The position numbers and the translations under genes are program-made. Positions 51,481 to 64,000 of a stretch of 64,000 bases of DNA are shown in pieces. How positions within the stretch are numbered: position 1 is the first letter of the stretch; each line of letters starts with the position of its first letter. The notes beneath the pieces were generated by a model. The model was not told the DNA's origin. It saw only the letters and a list, made by a program, of their open reading frames with translations, and made no database searches. Origin of the DNA: Antechinus flavipes (lineage: Eukaryota); the NCBI RefSeq assembly GCF_016432865.1, contig NC_067399.1:549878001-549942000 (forward strand). Reading direction: 5' to 3'.

Positions 51481-52349
51481 TTGTATTTCTTAAACAATAG
51501 TATTATTCTCATCACATAGAGTAGTTATCTAACTATTGATTAATGGAGTCAGCTGCTGACTAATTAGCAAATTCTCCCAGGGGGCTGAGCTCCAGACTAC
51601 ATGACTGGCATATGAGAGAAATTTGGGGGATGGGAAAGAGAAAATTCTCATCTATTCTGATACCTGGGTGAGGATATTAGTTCTAGTCCAGTGGTCTGAA
51701 ATCTGTACCACACAGGATTGGTAGGTAGGTCAGTGCTTCTCTCATTTGGCATCAGGACTAATGCAAATGTTTCGCAATTGCACATAGCAGTTGTGAGGGA
51801 ATATTAGCTTTAGAAATTAATTTAAAATTAGAAATATGCTAAACAACCAGGTTGGAATTATTACAAGAACAATAGAGGTTAGAGAAAATGTCTTTTGCTC
51901 GAATGAACATTAGGGTTATAATACCATGATGTGCTGGGCACAGAAATATGTTGCCTTTTAATAAGGACAAGGTACCTTATACCTGCCCAATTGAGTTGCC
52001 TATGCTACTTGAAACAACCACTTAATCCAAGTACCTCTCAACCTGTGCCCAACTGGAAAGATGATACTCCGCCATCTCAGAGCAACATTTGCCTCTCCTG
52101 ATTAATAGCTGTATAATGATGTACCTGGAAACTTAGGTCACACATCTAAGTTTCCAGAAGCCATGTGTATGATCCATCAATACTATCCTAGGAAGGGGAA
52201 AAGCTCTCCTTTCCAATAGTTTCTGGGATCTAAGTCCCAAGAATACTTAGAGCTACTTTGGGGTATCATTCTAGCTGATTTTTTTTTCTCTTCTTCCACT
52301 TGGATTAGCAACTCAAATTCCTCATGCTCAACACAACTCATTATCTAGC

Positions 52350-53210
52350 TAGGTAATATAGTGAATAGAGTGTTGGGCCTAAAGGTAGGAAATCTTGAAT
52401 TTGCATCCTGCATTAGATATACTGCTATGCAATTCTGAACATGATGACACAACCTCTCAGTCTCAGTTTCCTCAGTTATAAAATGGGGTCAATGACCTTA
52501 AAAATGAAGGCAACTGTGCACCCTGAAGGAAAAAGGAATGTTGCTGAAGATATTTACTGCTGTCCTAATAACACTGGTAGATCCAAGAAGGGAAAGAAAC
52601 ACTAGATTTTTCCAGGGAATTTGAGAAAGAATATGCTTTCACACAATCTCTGTTATTCAAAATATAGACAAATTTCTAGATATATAAATATAGCAACCTA
52701 GGAAAGTTATTTTAGTAACTCTCAACTAGAATATTTGGGAATCATATTGTTCCTAGATACTTGAATTGACTTAATTAAGTTACTTGAGATGTAATGTTTA
52801 ATATTTTTATTAATTACTTACATAAAAGATATAATTGATATGCTCATATGTGTAGATGCTATAAATCTGGAAGGGACAGACTCAAGAATCAAGAGCCAAA
52901 AAAATAAGAGTTATTGAATGGAATCTAATAATTTGAAGTGTAATAAGGATAAATACAAGTTAGAATTACACTTAAGTACCACTCTTTTTCCAGTCACCCA
53001 CATGTGCAACTTTTTTTCTTCTTATTTAGCACTCCCTACCATACAAACAATTTCTAGGTCCTATTGATTGATTCTACTTAAACATCTTCCTCTCAACTCA
53101 TAATCTTATTTATGACTTCATCACTTCTTACCTTAGCCACTGTTTCCTAATTATCCTCCCTATATCTAGTTTCCCTCTCACCATCCTATCCTCCTCAACA
53201 TAGCTAAATG
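52350..53210 (+). mobile_element. MIR (about 52350-52500) and L2 fragment (about 52980-53210)
   Basis: ctctcagtctcagtttcctcagttataaaatgggg; tgacttcatcacttcttaccttagcc. Confidence 0.55.
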
Positions 53211-53216
53211 TATATA

Positions 53217-54283
53217 TTTTTTTATTTTTAAAATTAAAAATGAATTTATTAAAACTACCAAGCAGACACATGTTGGTGAGTTAGTCATAAAGATCAACAC
53301 AGGATTCAAAATAGAGATTACAGTTAAAGACCTTATTTTTTGTAATAGGTGAGACTCATTTCTAAAAAAGGATGGGCCACTGTGTCTCAGTCCCTTCCCC
53401 TTTCTCCCACTTCTACATAATTAAAAAAAACAGGAAAATAAGAATAGAGGTAAGAGGGGCAGGATAAAATTACGTGTGTCTACATGCTGACTGGCACATA
53501 TTACATTAGACAAAGGGATGGGAGGAAAGCTATATGCCACAGATTGACTTTCCTAATAGATTGATTAACATGTACAAGGAATTCAAATAAGACTGAAAAG
53601 AATGGGGTCAATTACTTAGCACATATTTCAATAACTTTTCCCTGTGATGCAAACCATACACATAATATAGCACAATTCAATCTATTATCTGTCCTCTTAT
53701 CCTCAATGGCAACATCCTGATCATTATCTTTTGTGTGTAAAGGTGGGAGCTGGCTTAGAGATCATTTCTTTGCCCCTAGGCAGACACTGTAAACATAAAT
53801 AATACGCAATATTTTGTTACAGAAAGCCCACAGCTACATTAGACAAGAAAATCCTGCATCTCAAAACTTATCTGTGGTCCACAGACTTTGGGAGTTCAAT
53901 ATAGTCACTTTGGGGATGTTCAAATGATAGTATTATCAATTTATCCACACTTTTACACAGTTTCCTTCCATGAGGTTCTTGACAGGAAAACAGCCTCAGT
54001 TCCTACAATTGCTTCAATAAAAACAGAAATGATAAGCAACTTACAAATAGATAACAGATTCACAGCACAACTAACATTATAAGCAAAGCTACAATAGGCA
54101 AGTAAAGAAACCCAATATAGCAGTACTTTTAAGGGTATCAAATGCGTTTACAGCATCTACCATCTTCAGAGATCTTGTAAGCACACAAACAGCTGGCTAT
54201 AGAGTAGGGCAAGTGTGTGGAGGCATTTCCTTCATCATCTCTAAAAAAACTTTACATCTTTGTTTTATCCTATCTTCTTGAAA

Positions 54284-54316
<33 letters not shown>

Positions 54317-55170
54317 TTTTCTCTCTCTCGTCATCTATCTATCTATCATATCATTTTGAAGGAATAGGGTTCTTTAAAAACCCAATCTTATACATGAACA
54401 TATAACTTATTAACAAGGAGATGCCAAGCCTAAGAACTCATTTATAAAGTTATATAGAATATGGAGTTAACCACAAACATAGATTGACAATAGTAGCATC
54501 TTTCTTACTATTAGTAGTATAGATGTTTTATTATTGAACTATTTATTAATAGGTTTAATATTGCAACAATAAATTTCCATTGTTTACCTGCCCTGATTAA
54601 AGAACTTTAGTATAAAAGGAAAAAAAGGAGAGACAAGGTTATGACAATATCAAAACTGCTGTTTCAAGGTCAGAGACTGATCAGACACAGGCCATAATAG
54701 GGGAAAACTCCCTTCATTCTACTGAATTCCAGGCAAGGATCAGAATGAACAGTTAACCTCACAACAAAGTTCCACATTATTCATAGGACACCCAAAACCA
54801 CCAAAATGAATCAGGGGGAAACTTTTCTGTTCAGAAAGAAAATAGTACACTGGGTAAAGCAATTTAAGAGAATTCTACTTTTGTCCACCAACTTTCTCAG
54901 GGACAGAGTGCAGTTCTTAGACTGCACTCCATTTAGGCAGCATATAATTTCCCTTTAAATGGTAGAATTTTGGTTTCAGGTCAATTCAGACAATTATATA
55001 TGAAATCAAAACTTAGAATTATATCAAATTATAGTGCCCTGAAATTTTACCCAAAATTTCATTAACTGCAGCTTAAAATTAAGATTGCCATTATTTTTAT
55101 CATGTAACAATAACAGTTAACAATTAGCAAATATGAGACATTCTATTTCTCCTTTGTTTATAAATTAAGA
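53217..55170 (-). other. Probable retroposed 3' UTR or genuine terminal exon
   Basis: Unique sequence ending, on minus, in AATAAA (53245-53250) then an A-run (53217-53229); no ORF or TSD identified; right boundary uncertain. Confidence 0.4.
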
Positions 55171-55179
55171 ATAATTATA

Positions 55180-56055
55180 TGAGGGTGGATCAAAAGAGAG
55201 AAGCCAGGAAGTTGTCTAAATTCTACCAGTTCCCCTAGCAAACAACACTATATCAAGCTCCTACAGGAATTTTGAAGTGACAGAACCCACAAAAAGATAG
55301 AGTGAAACAATTTTCTACTATAAAATAATCTAAGAAGGACTTCAAGAAAGATCTATCTCACTTGGAAGAGGAGCACAGCACAATGCAGGCAATCTAGGAA
55401 GAGGCTCTAGTCACACCACAGAGCAGCAGTTGAAGTCCCTATGTCGTGGCTCAGCAGGTCATCTGTGAGGCTTCCAACCTCAGTGCAAAAAGCAAATTGA
55501 AAGCCCCACAATCTGCACAAAAGATGCAACTAGAATAAATTAACCTAGTGCAATAGGCAAACCATCGGCACCCTTAGCCCCAGCCCAGAAAACCACTGAC
55601 AAGGCCCCTTCACCCCAGAAAAAGAAGCTTGAGTGTCCCCTATGCCCTAAGTGAAGAACTCAACTTGAAAAAATAAGCAAAAGGTTAAAAAAAAAAAAGC
55701 CCTGAGCATAGAAAGCTACTATAGTAACAGGAAAGATTGTCAGATAAATTCAGAGGACAGAAATGGCAAAATGCCTACATGTGAAGCCTCAAAGAAGAAT
55801 ATGAAGTGAAATCAAGCTCAAAAGGTTGTCTCAGAAGAGCTCAAAAAGAATTTTAAAAATCAAGTAAGGAAGGTAAAAAGAAAAATCGATAAAAGAAATA
55901 AAAGTTATATGGGAGAATTATAAAAAGAGTCAACAGCTTGGAATAGGAAGTACAAAAACTGAAGAAAACAACTACTTAAAAAATAGAACTGGCAAAATTG
56001 GGGAAAAAATACACTAAAGAATATAACTCCTTAAAAATAGAATTTGTGAAATGAA
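55180..56055 (+). mobile_element. L1 5' UTR and ORF1 start
   Basis: aagccaggaagttgtctaaattc 5' end; gaaagctactatagtaacagg, gaagcctcaaagaagaatatg. Confidence 0.8.
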
Positions 56056-56785
56056 AGAATTATTACATTCTGGAGTTTCACCCATACAGTGAATACATGA
56101 TAGCTGACTTCAAAAACACCCCAAAATTCTGGGCACTTTTAAGTCTCCAGATTAATGTATCAATATTTCCTATTTATCCCCAAGGTAAAAATGAAATGTT
56201 TGAATTTAAGGTCTATTGTTACAAGTTGGTTCAAAGATATAACTTCAATATGGGCTGTTTATTGAGATACAATTTATAAGTGATAGCCAAATAATCTCGG
56301 ATGAAACCTTTTCTTTACTATAATCCAACTTGTAAACTTCCCCATTTTGACATTCTTAGAAAATGAAGGTTTTTTTTTTCTTCAGAATTTTATAGCACTG
56401 TGTTAAGGCTAAGTTTTTAAGACTGCCTAAGTCGAACGTCTCAGGGAACCTCACAGAAAAAGTTAACTGAAGGAGTTTGTTATTCACTTCAAAAAGTAAC
56501 TTATTAGTATTCAAGTTAAAAACAAATGTACCCTATTAATTATTTAAGTTTTTGAACATTTTACCACATTCCTTTTGCAATTTAGTTCATAAACAGCATT
56601 TAGATTAAAGAAAAGTTATGTTTCTAACAACATTTGAGATACAATTGTTTCTCAAATTTCAAAATATAAGAAAAAAATCTTAGAAATACACAAATAACAT
56701 ATAATATCATGTTTTTACAACATAAAGCAAACATTTGGCTTTTTATACAATTGCATTCAAGACTAATATTGAGTATTTAAATGTA

Positions 56786-57115
56786 CAATTATCCCTCCCA
56801 CATCTTGAAAATCAGGGGTCCAGCACACCTGCAATTTGGAAAAGCTGCATAAAATTTTTTTGGCACTTCCTTTATACTTCAGAAGTCTGCATTATTATGA
56901 TACTAAAAGACAAAAATGTGTTGACATTATATAATAATGTACATATATTTAATGCAATTCTGAGTTTCTAAATGTTTTCTGTGTTATCTATTGGCCTTCA
57001 TGTATCATTTGCAGCTCCCACAAAATTTCCCCAAAATTCACATTTAATTTCTTACACTGATGTGTAATATTTCAAAACCATGATAGGAAAAGTTATAATA
57101 TGGAAGGGATAACTA
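56786..57115 (-). mobile_element. Tigger-type (Tc1/mariner superfamily) MITE
   Basis: Termini caattatccctcccacat...atatggaagggataacta flanked by TA (56784-85, 57116-17). Confidence 0.75.
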
Positions 57116-57151
57116 TAATTAAGATTTATATAGTTTTTGTCTTGTATATTG

Positions 57152-57600
57152 TGGCAGCTAGGTGACACCATGGTGCATAGAGTACTAGACCTGGAGTCAG
57201 GAAATTCATCTTTTTGAGTTCAAATCTGGTTTCAGACATTTACTGGTTGGGTGATCCTGGACAAGTCCTTTAACACTATTTGTCTAGTTTCTTCATCTGA
57301 AAAATAAGCTGCAAAAGGAAATGACAAACTACTCTAGTATATCTGCCAAAAAAAAAAAAAAAAACTCCAAAGGAGATCATGAAGAATCAAACATACTAAA
57401 ACCATTAAACATGGACTAGACACTGTACAAATCATTTTCAATCAAATTATCCTCACCACCTTGAGCAGTGGATGATATTATAATCCCCTTTAAAAATCAG
57501 CAAATAGGTGAAGTAGAAGTAACTTGCTGAGGATCACAAAGCAAACAAATTTCTGACTGAATATTAATTCAAGTTTTCCTGACCCATGTGTTTACCAGCA
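57152..57600. mobile_element. MAR1 SINE (plus, about 57152-57410) and MIR (minus, about 57420-57600)
   Basis: ggcagctaggtgacacc...ctggagtcaggaaattcatc...gagttcaaatctgg. Confidence 0.75.
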
Positions 57601-58599
57601 TATTACTTTAATGCCAAATAGCAAATCTATTTTACATTAAGTTTTGATTTACCATAATTATCCAAATACAAGAACTAGTCTGACCATAAATGATTGAGGT
57701 TGATCAATTTCAGAACATATGTTGACCAAATCAAATCTGGATTTACGATCATTAATGGTAACATTCAACTATCAATTTTTCCAAGAATCATTAGTTGCTA
57801 GCACCTCAAAATTTGGAGATCACGTTTTTTAGTTACCTTATGTTGGGAAAAAATTTTTATGGTAGCATTCTCACCTCCCCATAACTTTTTTTTCTCTTTA
57901 AAATCTCCCAATGAGCCCAATAAATTTCTTTTGTTTTCTTAAACTAACCCTATAAAGATATTTTAAGAGGGTAGATAAAGAGCACATCTCCTTTCCCCAA
58001 AGTTTCTATTTCACCAAGTTTCAATTTAGCTTCAGTTTTAACCATGGAAGTGAAAGGTGAAGAAGTTCTAGGTAAAGAAGAGGAAGGGAACTCACAAGAC
58101 AGATTCATATCGCCCCCCTTCAGTTCCTTTGGAATTCATGTGGGTACTAAAGACTGTTTTGAATATTTTTTCAAGGAAAGATTACTGTCTGTTTAAAATT
58201 GCTAGCAGGCATTTCTCTAAAAAGTTTATTAAATCCTTCTCAATGAAATCAAACCCTTTTCAAAACTGTCCAAACTCAAACTCTAAACATCATGTAAACT
58301 CTCCACTTACAGGATCAATGCAAAGGGATTCCAACTTTCTTTGGCTTTTTTTCACCATTCTTCTCATTATTTCTACTTAAACATTTTGTCTTCTAAATTG
58401 TACCACTTTTAAAATTAATCTTTCATTTTATGGCCTAGATTCCTCACTTCTCTTTTATTTTCACTGTCTTACTAAGTCTATCTCAGCTTATTTCTTATTT
58501 ATATTTTAGTCTAACATTCCATTAATAACAATAGTCTTTGTTGCTGTTTGGTTATTTTAGCTATGGCTAAGTTTTTGTAACTCCATTAACACAGCTAAT

Positions 58600-58684
58600 A
58601 TGTGTCTGAAGTCAGATTTGAACTCAAGATGAGTCTTCCTGATTTCAGGTCTGGTAATCAATCTACTATGCAACTTAGCTGCCC
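58600..58684 (-). mobile_element. CORE-SINE 5' fragment
   Basis: gatttgaactcaagatgagtcttcctga...ttagctgcccc. Confidence 0.7.
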
Positions 58685-59789
58685 CTTGTAGCAGAAAGAA
58701 TGAATTGAACTGGATGAGCATTCATGAATGAATGGCAAACTGTGCCACTGAGGGATCGTCTGAATTGAAATTTTATTTGAATCTGAGTATATGTATACAC
58801 ATATACAAATACACACACTTCGGCAATATTGAAATTTAATTATAAAAACTTGTAAAACTCTTAGCATCCCCAAAATCCTAGATTTCCACATGAAACGGAT
58901 TACAGAGATGAAATATTTCAATAATGCCATCTTTTTACTAATGAAAAAAACTGAATCTTAGAGAGAAATTAAATGTCTAAAGTAGGGAGGTAGGAAGTAA
59001 TAAATAAAGTAGAGATTTGAGTCCATTTCTTTTGAATTCAAATCTAACACAATGAACTACACCACAACTTGTCAAAAATTACTTTTTATTAGTATTTTAC
59101 TTTTTCAAATACACAAAAAGATAGTCTTCAATATTCACCATCCCAAAACCTTGTGTTCCATTTTTTCCCCCTTGTTTCTCTAGCTTTCTCCTTCCCAAAA
59201 TAGCAAGCAATAAAATATATGTTAAACATGTGCAGTTCTTCTAAACATATTTCCAAAATAACTTATTTAATATTAATATTAAAGGTGGCACTATTTTACT
59301 CAAATGAGTCAACAACAGACTCCAGGATCTAATATTATTTATGTTTCTCAGTCAACTATGTGAATGTAAAAAACATGGTTTGCATTAGAAAGTCTTTTGC
59401 TAAAGTTTATTTTTTCTTCTTAGAAAAAAGTTTAGAGTGAGCATATTTTTTGATAATTATTATCATCTCAATTCCTTTTTTGGCTTTAATAAATAATGTC
59501 ATCTATAGGCTTCTTTATTTTTTTAGAATCTTTACATTTCTGCAGAATTGTTAATACTCATCTCTTTAAAGTCACATTACTCTATCACTTATTTCTTCTT
59601 ACTATATTTCATCAGTTAGGCAATCATCCTGACTTTGTCAAATATCACTTCCCTCTTTTACACAGTACATCAGATATTGAAATGTGGAATTCAAATAGGG
59701 TAATTCTATTATTGCTGCCATTAAAAAAAGAGGCCACTACAAAAATGCTAGCAAATCTGCATTTTTAATAAATTTTTGTACTAATTATG

Positions 59790-60790
59790 GTTTCAGGTAC
59801 AGGCTTTCCCAGGATATTATGAAGCGGAAATGTTCAACACCCTCTCCATAGGATAGATTGTTTTTTCCTTCAACTATTTTGTGTTGTTTTGGGATGACAC
59901 TGCTTGTAATTATCTGTCAATCTCTTTCTAGAAATTACTTTGCATAATGAATCTATGGCTTTTATGTCACTGAGCTTCATAAGTTCATCAAGTATATGCT
60001 GACATAGGAAGTTTCTGGACTTCTTTGCCTTCCTTACTGTGGTGATTGTTTTCATCTGTTAAACCTTTCTAAGAAACTGTGAGTCTCAAACCTTTTTTTT
60101 TTTTTGTCCTTCTTAATTTAAAAGTCAACAATTTTAAAAGGTTGGTTTGGGGGTATCATAATTACAGTTGGTGTCTTATCCTCATCTGTATTCCTTTTTT
60201 CTAATGTTAAAAGTTCATTCTGAATAGCTCGTGAATTATTCATTCAGAGGAACTCATGAATAACTAATAGTTACTTCTACATTTTTAATTGCATATTTCC
60301 TTTCCATTAAAAAACAGTCAACTCCCTTCCTTCCCTCTGTTCCTTCCTTCCTTACTCTCTCCCTTCTTCTTTCCTTCCTTTTTTCCTTATTTTCTTCCTT
60401 CCTTTCCATCCTTTCTTCTTGTTATGTATTGCCACCTCTAGCATTTTTTGATCCTCTTCTGGACAAAAGTATTTACTGTGTAAAAGTGTGAGACTTTTAA
60501 ACTATATCCTTCATTCAGTCTCTTTTATTGATAATAAACTGATAATAATGAAAGATAATAGTTTGTATTTCCAACATAGTAGACTTTTTCTTTCTCTCTT
60601 GATCTTAACATCATAAGAGTATCAAAATAGAAGTTAATTTAGTAATCTTGTCAAGTTCTTCAAAGAATTCTTCTATTTCATTCTCTGTAACAAATGGAAG
60701 TACTATTTATGATAGCCTCTTTGTTCATGATCATGAAAACACTGCAAGATGCAATGACCAATCAGATTTCTTCTTGTCTTTGGGATCTTT
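59790..60790 (-). mobile_element. RTE LINE fragments (about 59790-60060 and 60640-60790) around a (CCTT)n tract at about 60320-60420
   Basis: Minus ORF ...LCKVISRKRLTDNYKQ resembles RTE ORF; endonuclease-region fragment upstream. Confidence 0.55.
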
Positions 60791-61149
60791 GTTTCCTTTA
60801 TCAACTATTTTGGTCTCTTATTTAAGAATTTGTGAGTTGTCCTATTTAGTGATAACTTCTTTATAGATTCATCTTCATTGTCATTGAAAAAATATCAAAA
60901 TGGACATAGTTCAGTTCTTTCTGGAACAGAACAACTTGTGAATCAGTGGGTAAAGAGTAAAATTAAACATTCTAAGAACCAAAACATTCTGAAATCTTTT
61001 TTGTAAACCATTAAAACCTGTCACTGAGGAATACAAATTGATGGCTTTGGTTTTTATGCATTTCATATACAACTTTTTTTTAAAAAGGAGAAAAGAAAAA
61101 AAAAACAAAATCTTTATTTAATGGCCAAGTTTCTAGTAACAAATATTCT

Positions 61150-61273
61150 GGAGCTTGATTCTGGTATCCAAGAAGTAGACCTGAAAGCATCTGTGCCAAA
61201 AAAGCTCCATGGAAAGTTATGATCCATAGGGTCAAGAAGAGTCAGACATGACTCAATAACAACAACAACAACA
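61150..61273 (+). mobile_element. RTE/BovB-type 3' tail with (CAA)n
   Basis: gatccatagggtcaagaagagtcagacatgactc-aacaacaacaac. Confidence 0.65.
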
Positions 61274-62331
61274 AAATTATCAATACATTTATCAAGTGTG
61301 CCATCACTTTGCTTTCAGCATTTCCTTTTTTTTGTTGTTCTTTCAGGTTGCCTTTTCCTCTTCTATTTTTCTCTATTTTTTGCCAATTTGAATATTTATT
61401 GTTTTAATGTTGAACTCTTTGGAAGAAAACTGTTATATAAATCTAATAGACACCTAAATGTAAGAATAATTGGCACTACTTCATCTTAGAACTTTGAACC
61501 AAGACTTTCACATTAGTGCTTTAGGAAGGACTTCATTTTGTGAAATCTCTATAAAAAGTAAAAAAAAAAAAAAAAAGTATAACTCTTCTTGGAAAAGCTT
61601 TCCAAGAAACTCCATCAAATTGTTCAATGTTTTCCATTAAATTTTATGTAGTAACCTCTAATTTCCAAAATAGGAAATATACATATATATCAAAAAATTC
61701 TTTTTGTCAGTCACAGGGTCTTGAAATGAAAATTAAAGCAAAATAGGTGAAAATAAAACCTGAGTTTTATTATAAATGAACATTTTGTTCATTCCTTACC
61801 TTGCTAACTCTTGAAAATGGAGGCACAAAAATATTTTATCTAATTTATTACATATATTAGCATATTATCCCTGAACACTAATTGCCCTCAATTTTGTCTC
61901 CTCCTACCCAGACATTTTCTATGTATTTCTATACCTTGTCTGTTTAATGTTTCTTTACTGATCTAACTCATTTATTCATTCAATAAACATTTATTAAGAG
62001 GACTGCTTATGTAAAAAGCACTTCAGGTATTTAAGAAAATTAAGTTAAATAATATATGACTCATGCCCATCAGGAGCTTACACTCTTTACATTGGAGTTT
62101 TACTCTTTACATACTCTTATCTATGCTAATTTCTGAAATACCACCACTAAAAAGAGGAAGGTTCATAAGCCTATGATTAAAAAATAAACTCATTTTAAGC
62201 AACTACCACAATGTCTTATAACAGGTGCTTAATAAACATTTCTTAAATTAAATTCACATAAGTACTGATTTCTTATGAATGTGGTTTTTTTTTTTTAAGC
62301 ACATTTCTTTCTGGATTAAAGATTTATAGAC

Positions 62332-62565
62332 ATTGTTGTTGTTGAGTCATTTTTCAGTTATGTATGACTTTTTGTGACTCATTGGGGATTTACTTGGCAA
62401 AAACTATAGCCATTTCCTGCTCTAGCTCATATAACAAATGAGGAAACTGAGGCAAACAGATTAAGTGACTTGCCTAGGATCACCCAGCTAGTATCTGAAA
62501 TGAGATTTGAATTCAGAAAAGTGAGTATTTCTGACTCCAAGCGTAGTACTCTATCTACTCTGCCA
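62332..62565 (-). mobile_element. MAR1-type CORE-SINE
   Basis: ttgttgttgttgagtc...aaatgaggaaactgaggcaaacag...gatttgaattcagaaaag. Confidence 0.8.
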
Positions 62566-62899
62566 TTCCTTTCTTATTTTACTCTGTGCCTAAAAATAGC
62601 ATTTAAGGCACAGAGGGGGAAAAAAGCTTCATTTTTTTTATCCTTTACACTAAAACCTAAAAGCCAATTCAATAAAAATAGAAAGGAATGTTTTTAAAAT
62701 TTACACTTGACATTAAAACCTACTATTCACTTTAAAGCTTCAGCTATGATCATTGGTGGTATTATACAGCATGCACACATTAAAATATGAGAGAATTAAG
62801 AAATGTTAATGCTCAGAGATAAATTCTATATGAAAGTGTTTTTGAATTAAACTTTTCAAAAAGTTGCAATCAAGTAATAGAGGATAATGCACAGTAAAG

Positions 62900-64000
62900 G
62901 GAAAATTCTAGCTGAATACTCCCTACATTCCCCTCAAAAGAAGTTTGAAATAGCATGTCAAATGAAATTCTAAAACAGCATAATGAACAAAGTCAGGTTG
63001 GGACATTTTCTTTCAGACCAGGACAACTTAGAAGAACAGAAGGAGAGATAATGGTCCTGAGCTGAGGATTAATCTAGAGCACAATGCAGAAACTACACCA
63101 GCTTTGGAGGCAGCAACGGTAATATCTCTAATAATAAGAATAGCTTTATAGGAAGAATTCTTCAACAGGAGACCAGAGACAGTAAGGGAATTGAATAACT
63201 ACTCAGAAAGAAATTACAGAAGATTCTTCTGCTAGCATCAGGAGTAATATAAAGCACCATTTGACAACTCCATCTATTATGCAATTCTAGTTATCAGTTA
63301 CAGAGCAGAGAGGAGCACTTGCAGTCACAAGGGATCAGGATCCCAAATGCCAGGCCACAATTTCATGGAAGAGAAGAATTATAATCACAAGACATAGAAG
63401 CACTACCTAGATAAAGAAGAGAGTTGAGACTGAGAGAACTATACTGCTCTTGAAATCACATCTTCTTGGAAGCATTAAAAATTTACAGGCCTCCAGAACT
63501 AGTTATGAAAACAGCAGGATGAAAAAGTCTTAATCTTGGGACACTGACTCCCACCCCAACCTCACAATTAAGCAGAGCCCAATTCTATCATAAGGTTCGA
63601 ATTTAAAAACCAAACTGAAAAAATGAGCAAATGACAACAAAAAATAACCTGAACATAAAAAGCCACTTTGGCAACAAGGAAGCTCAAGACATAAAACTTA
63701 GAAAAAGACAATGTGAAAACATATACTATCAAAGCCACAAAGAAAAATGTAGGTTAGAAACAATTTGAATTTTAATAAAAGCAAAATAGATAATAAAAAC
63801 AGCAAAAGAAAAAATTTTTTTAAAAAATTAAGTAGAATTAGTAAAGACAAAATTATTAACAGAAATGAAAGCAATGCAAGAAAGCTATGAAAAGAAAATT
63901 AACAGCTGGATAAAAAAAAGAGGCATAACAATACTGAAGAAAACAATACTCTAAAAATAGAAATGACCAAATGGAAAAAGAGCTATAGAACTTCACTGAT
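62900..64000 (+). mobile_element. L1 5' UTR and ORF1 start (runs off the window)
   Basis: gcagagcccaattctatcataaggttc, aaaaaatgagcaaa, gctcaagacataaac, coiled-coil-like A-rich ORF1. Confidence 0.75.

Noticed and set aside
56362-56500. Plus-strand exon with strong acceptor and gtaact donor
   Set aside because: All three frames contain stops; no supporting neighbours

Overview
AT-rich, CpG-depleted mammalian genomic DNA, almost certainly marsupial and probably dasyurid (WSINE1-type SINE, OC1-type hAT MITEs, MAR1 CORE-SINEs, marsupial-type L1/RTE). I found no convincing host protein-coding exon; nearly all ORFs in the track are chance ORFs, microsatellite read-throughs or TE fragments. The window is mostly decayed L1, L2, CR1/L3, RTE and MIR/MAR fragments, plus three solo LTRs and three DNA-transposon MITEs. 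The standout is a very young 2.3-kb betaretrovirus-like mini-provirus (37956-40260, minus strand). It has 402-bp LTRs differing at one base, a 6-bp TSD, a perfect tRNA-Lys PBS, a splice donor and a PPT. Its only long ORF is an intact 267-aa matrix-to-capsid-CTD Gag fusion; NC is out of frame, only an integrase tail remains, and pro, RT and env are absent. Also notable: several local inverted/direct duplications, a perfect 22-bp hairpin, a probable retroposed 3' UTR and some unidentified coding-like relics. Repeat family names come from recognition of consensus sequence from memory, and boundaries of old repeats are approximate.
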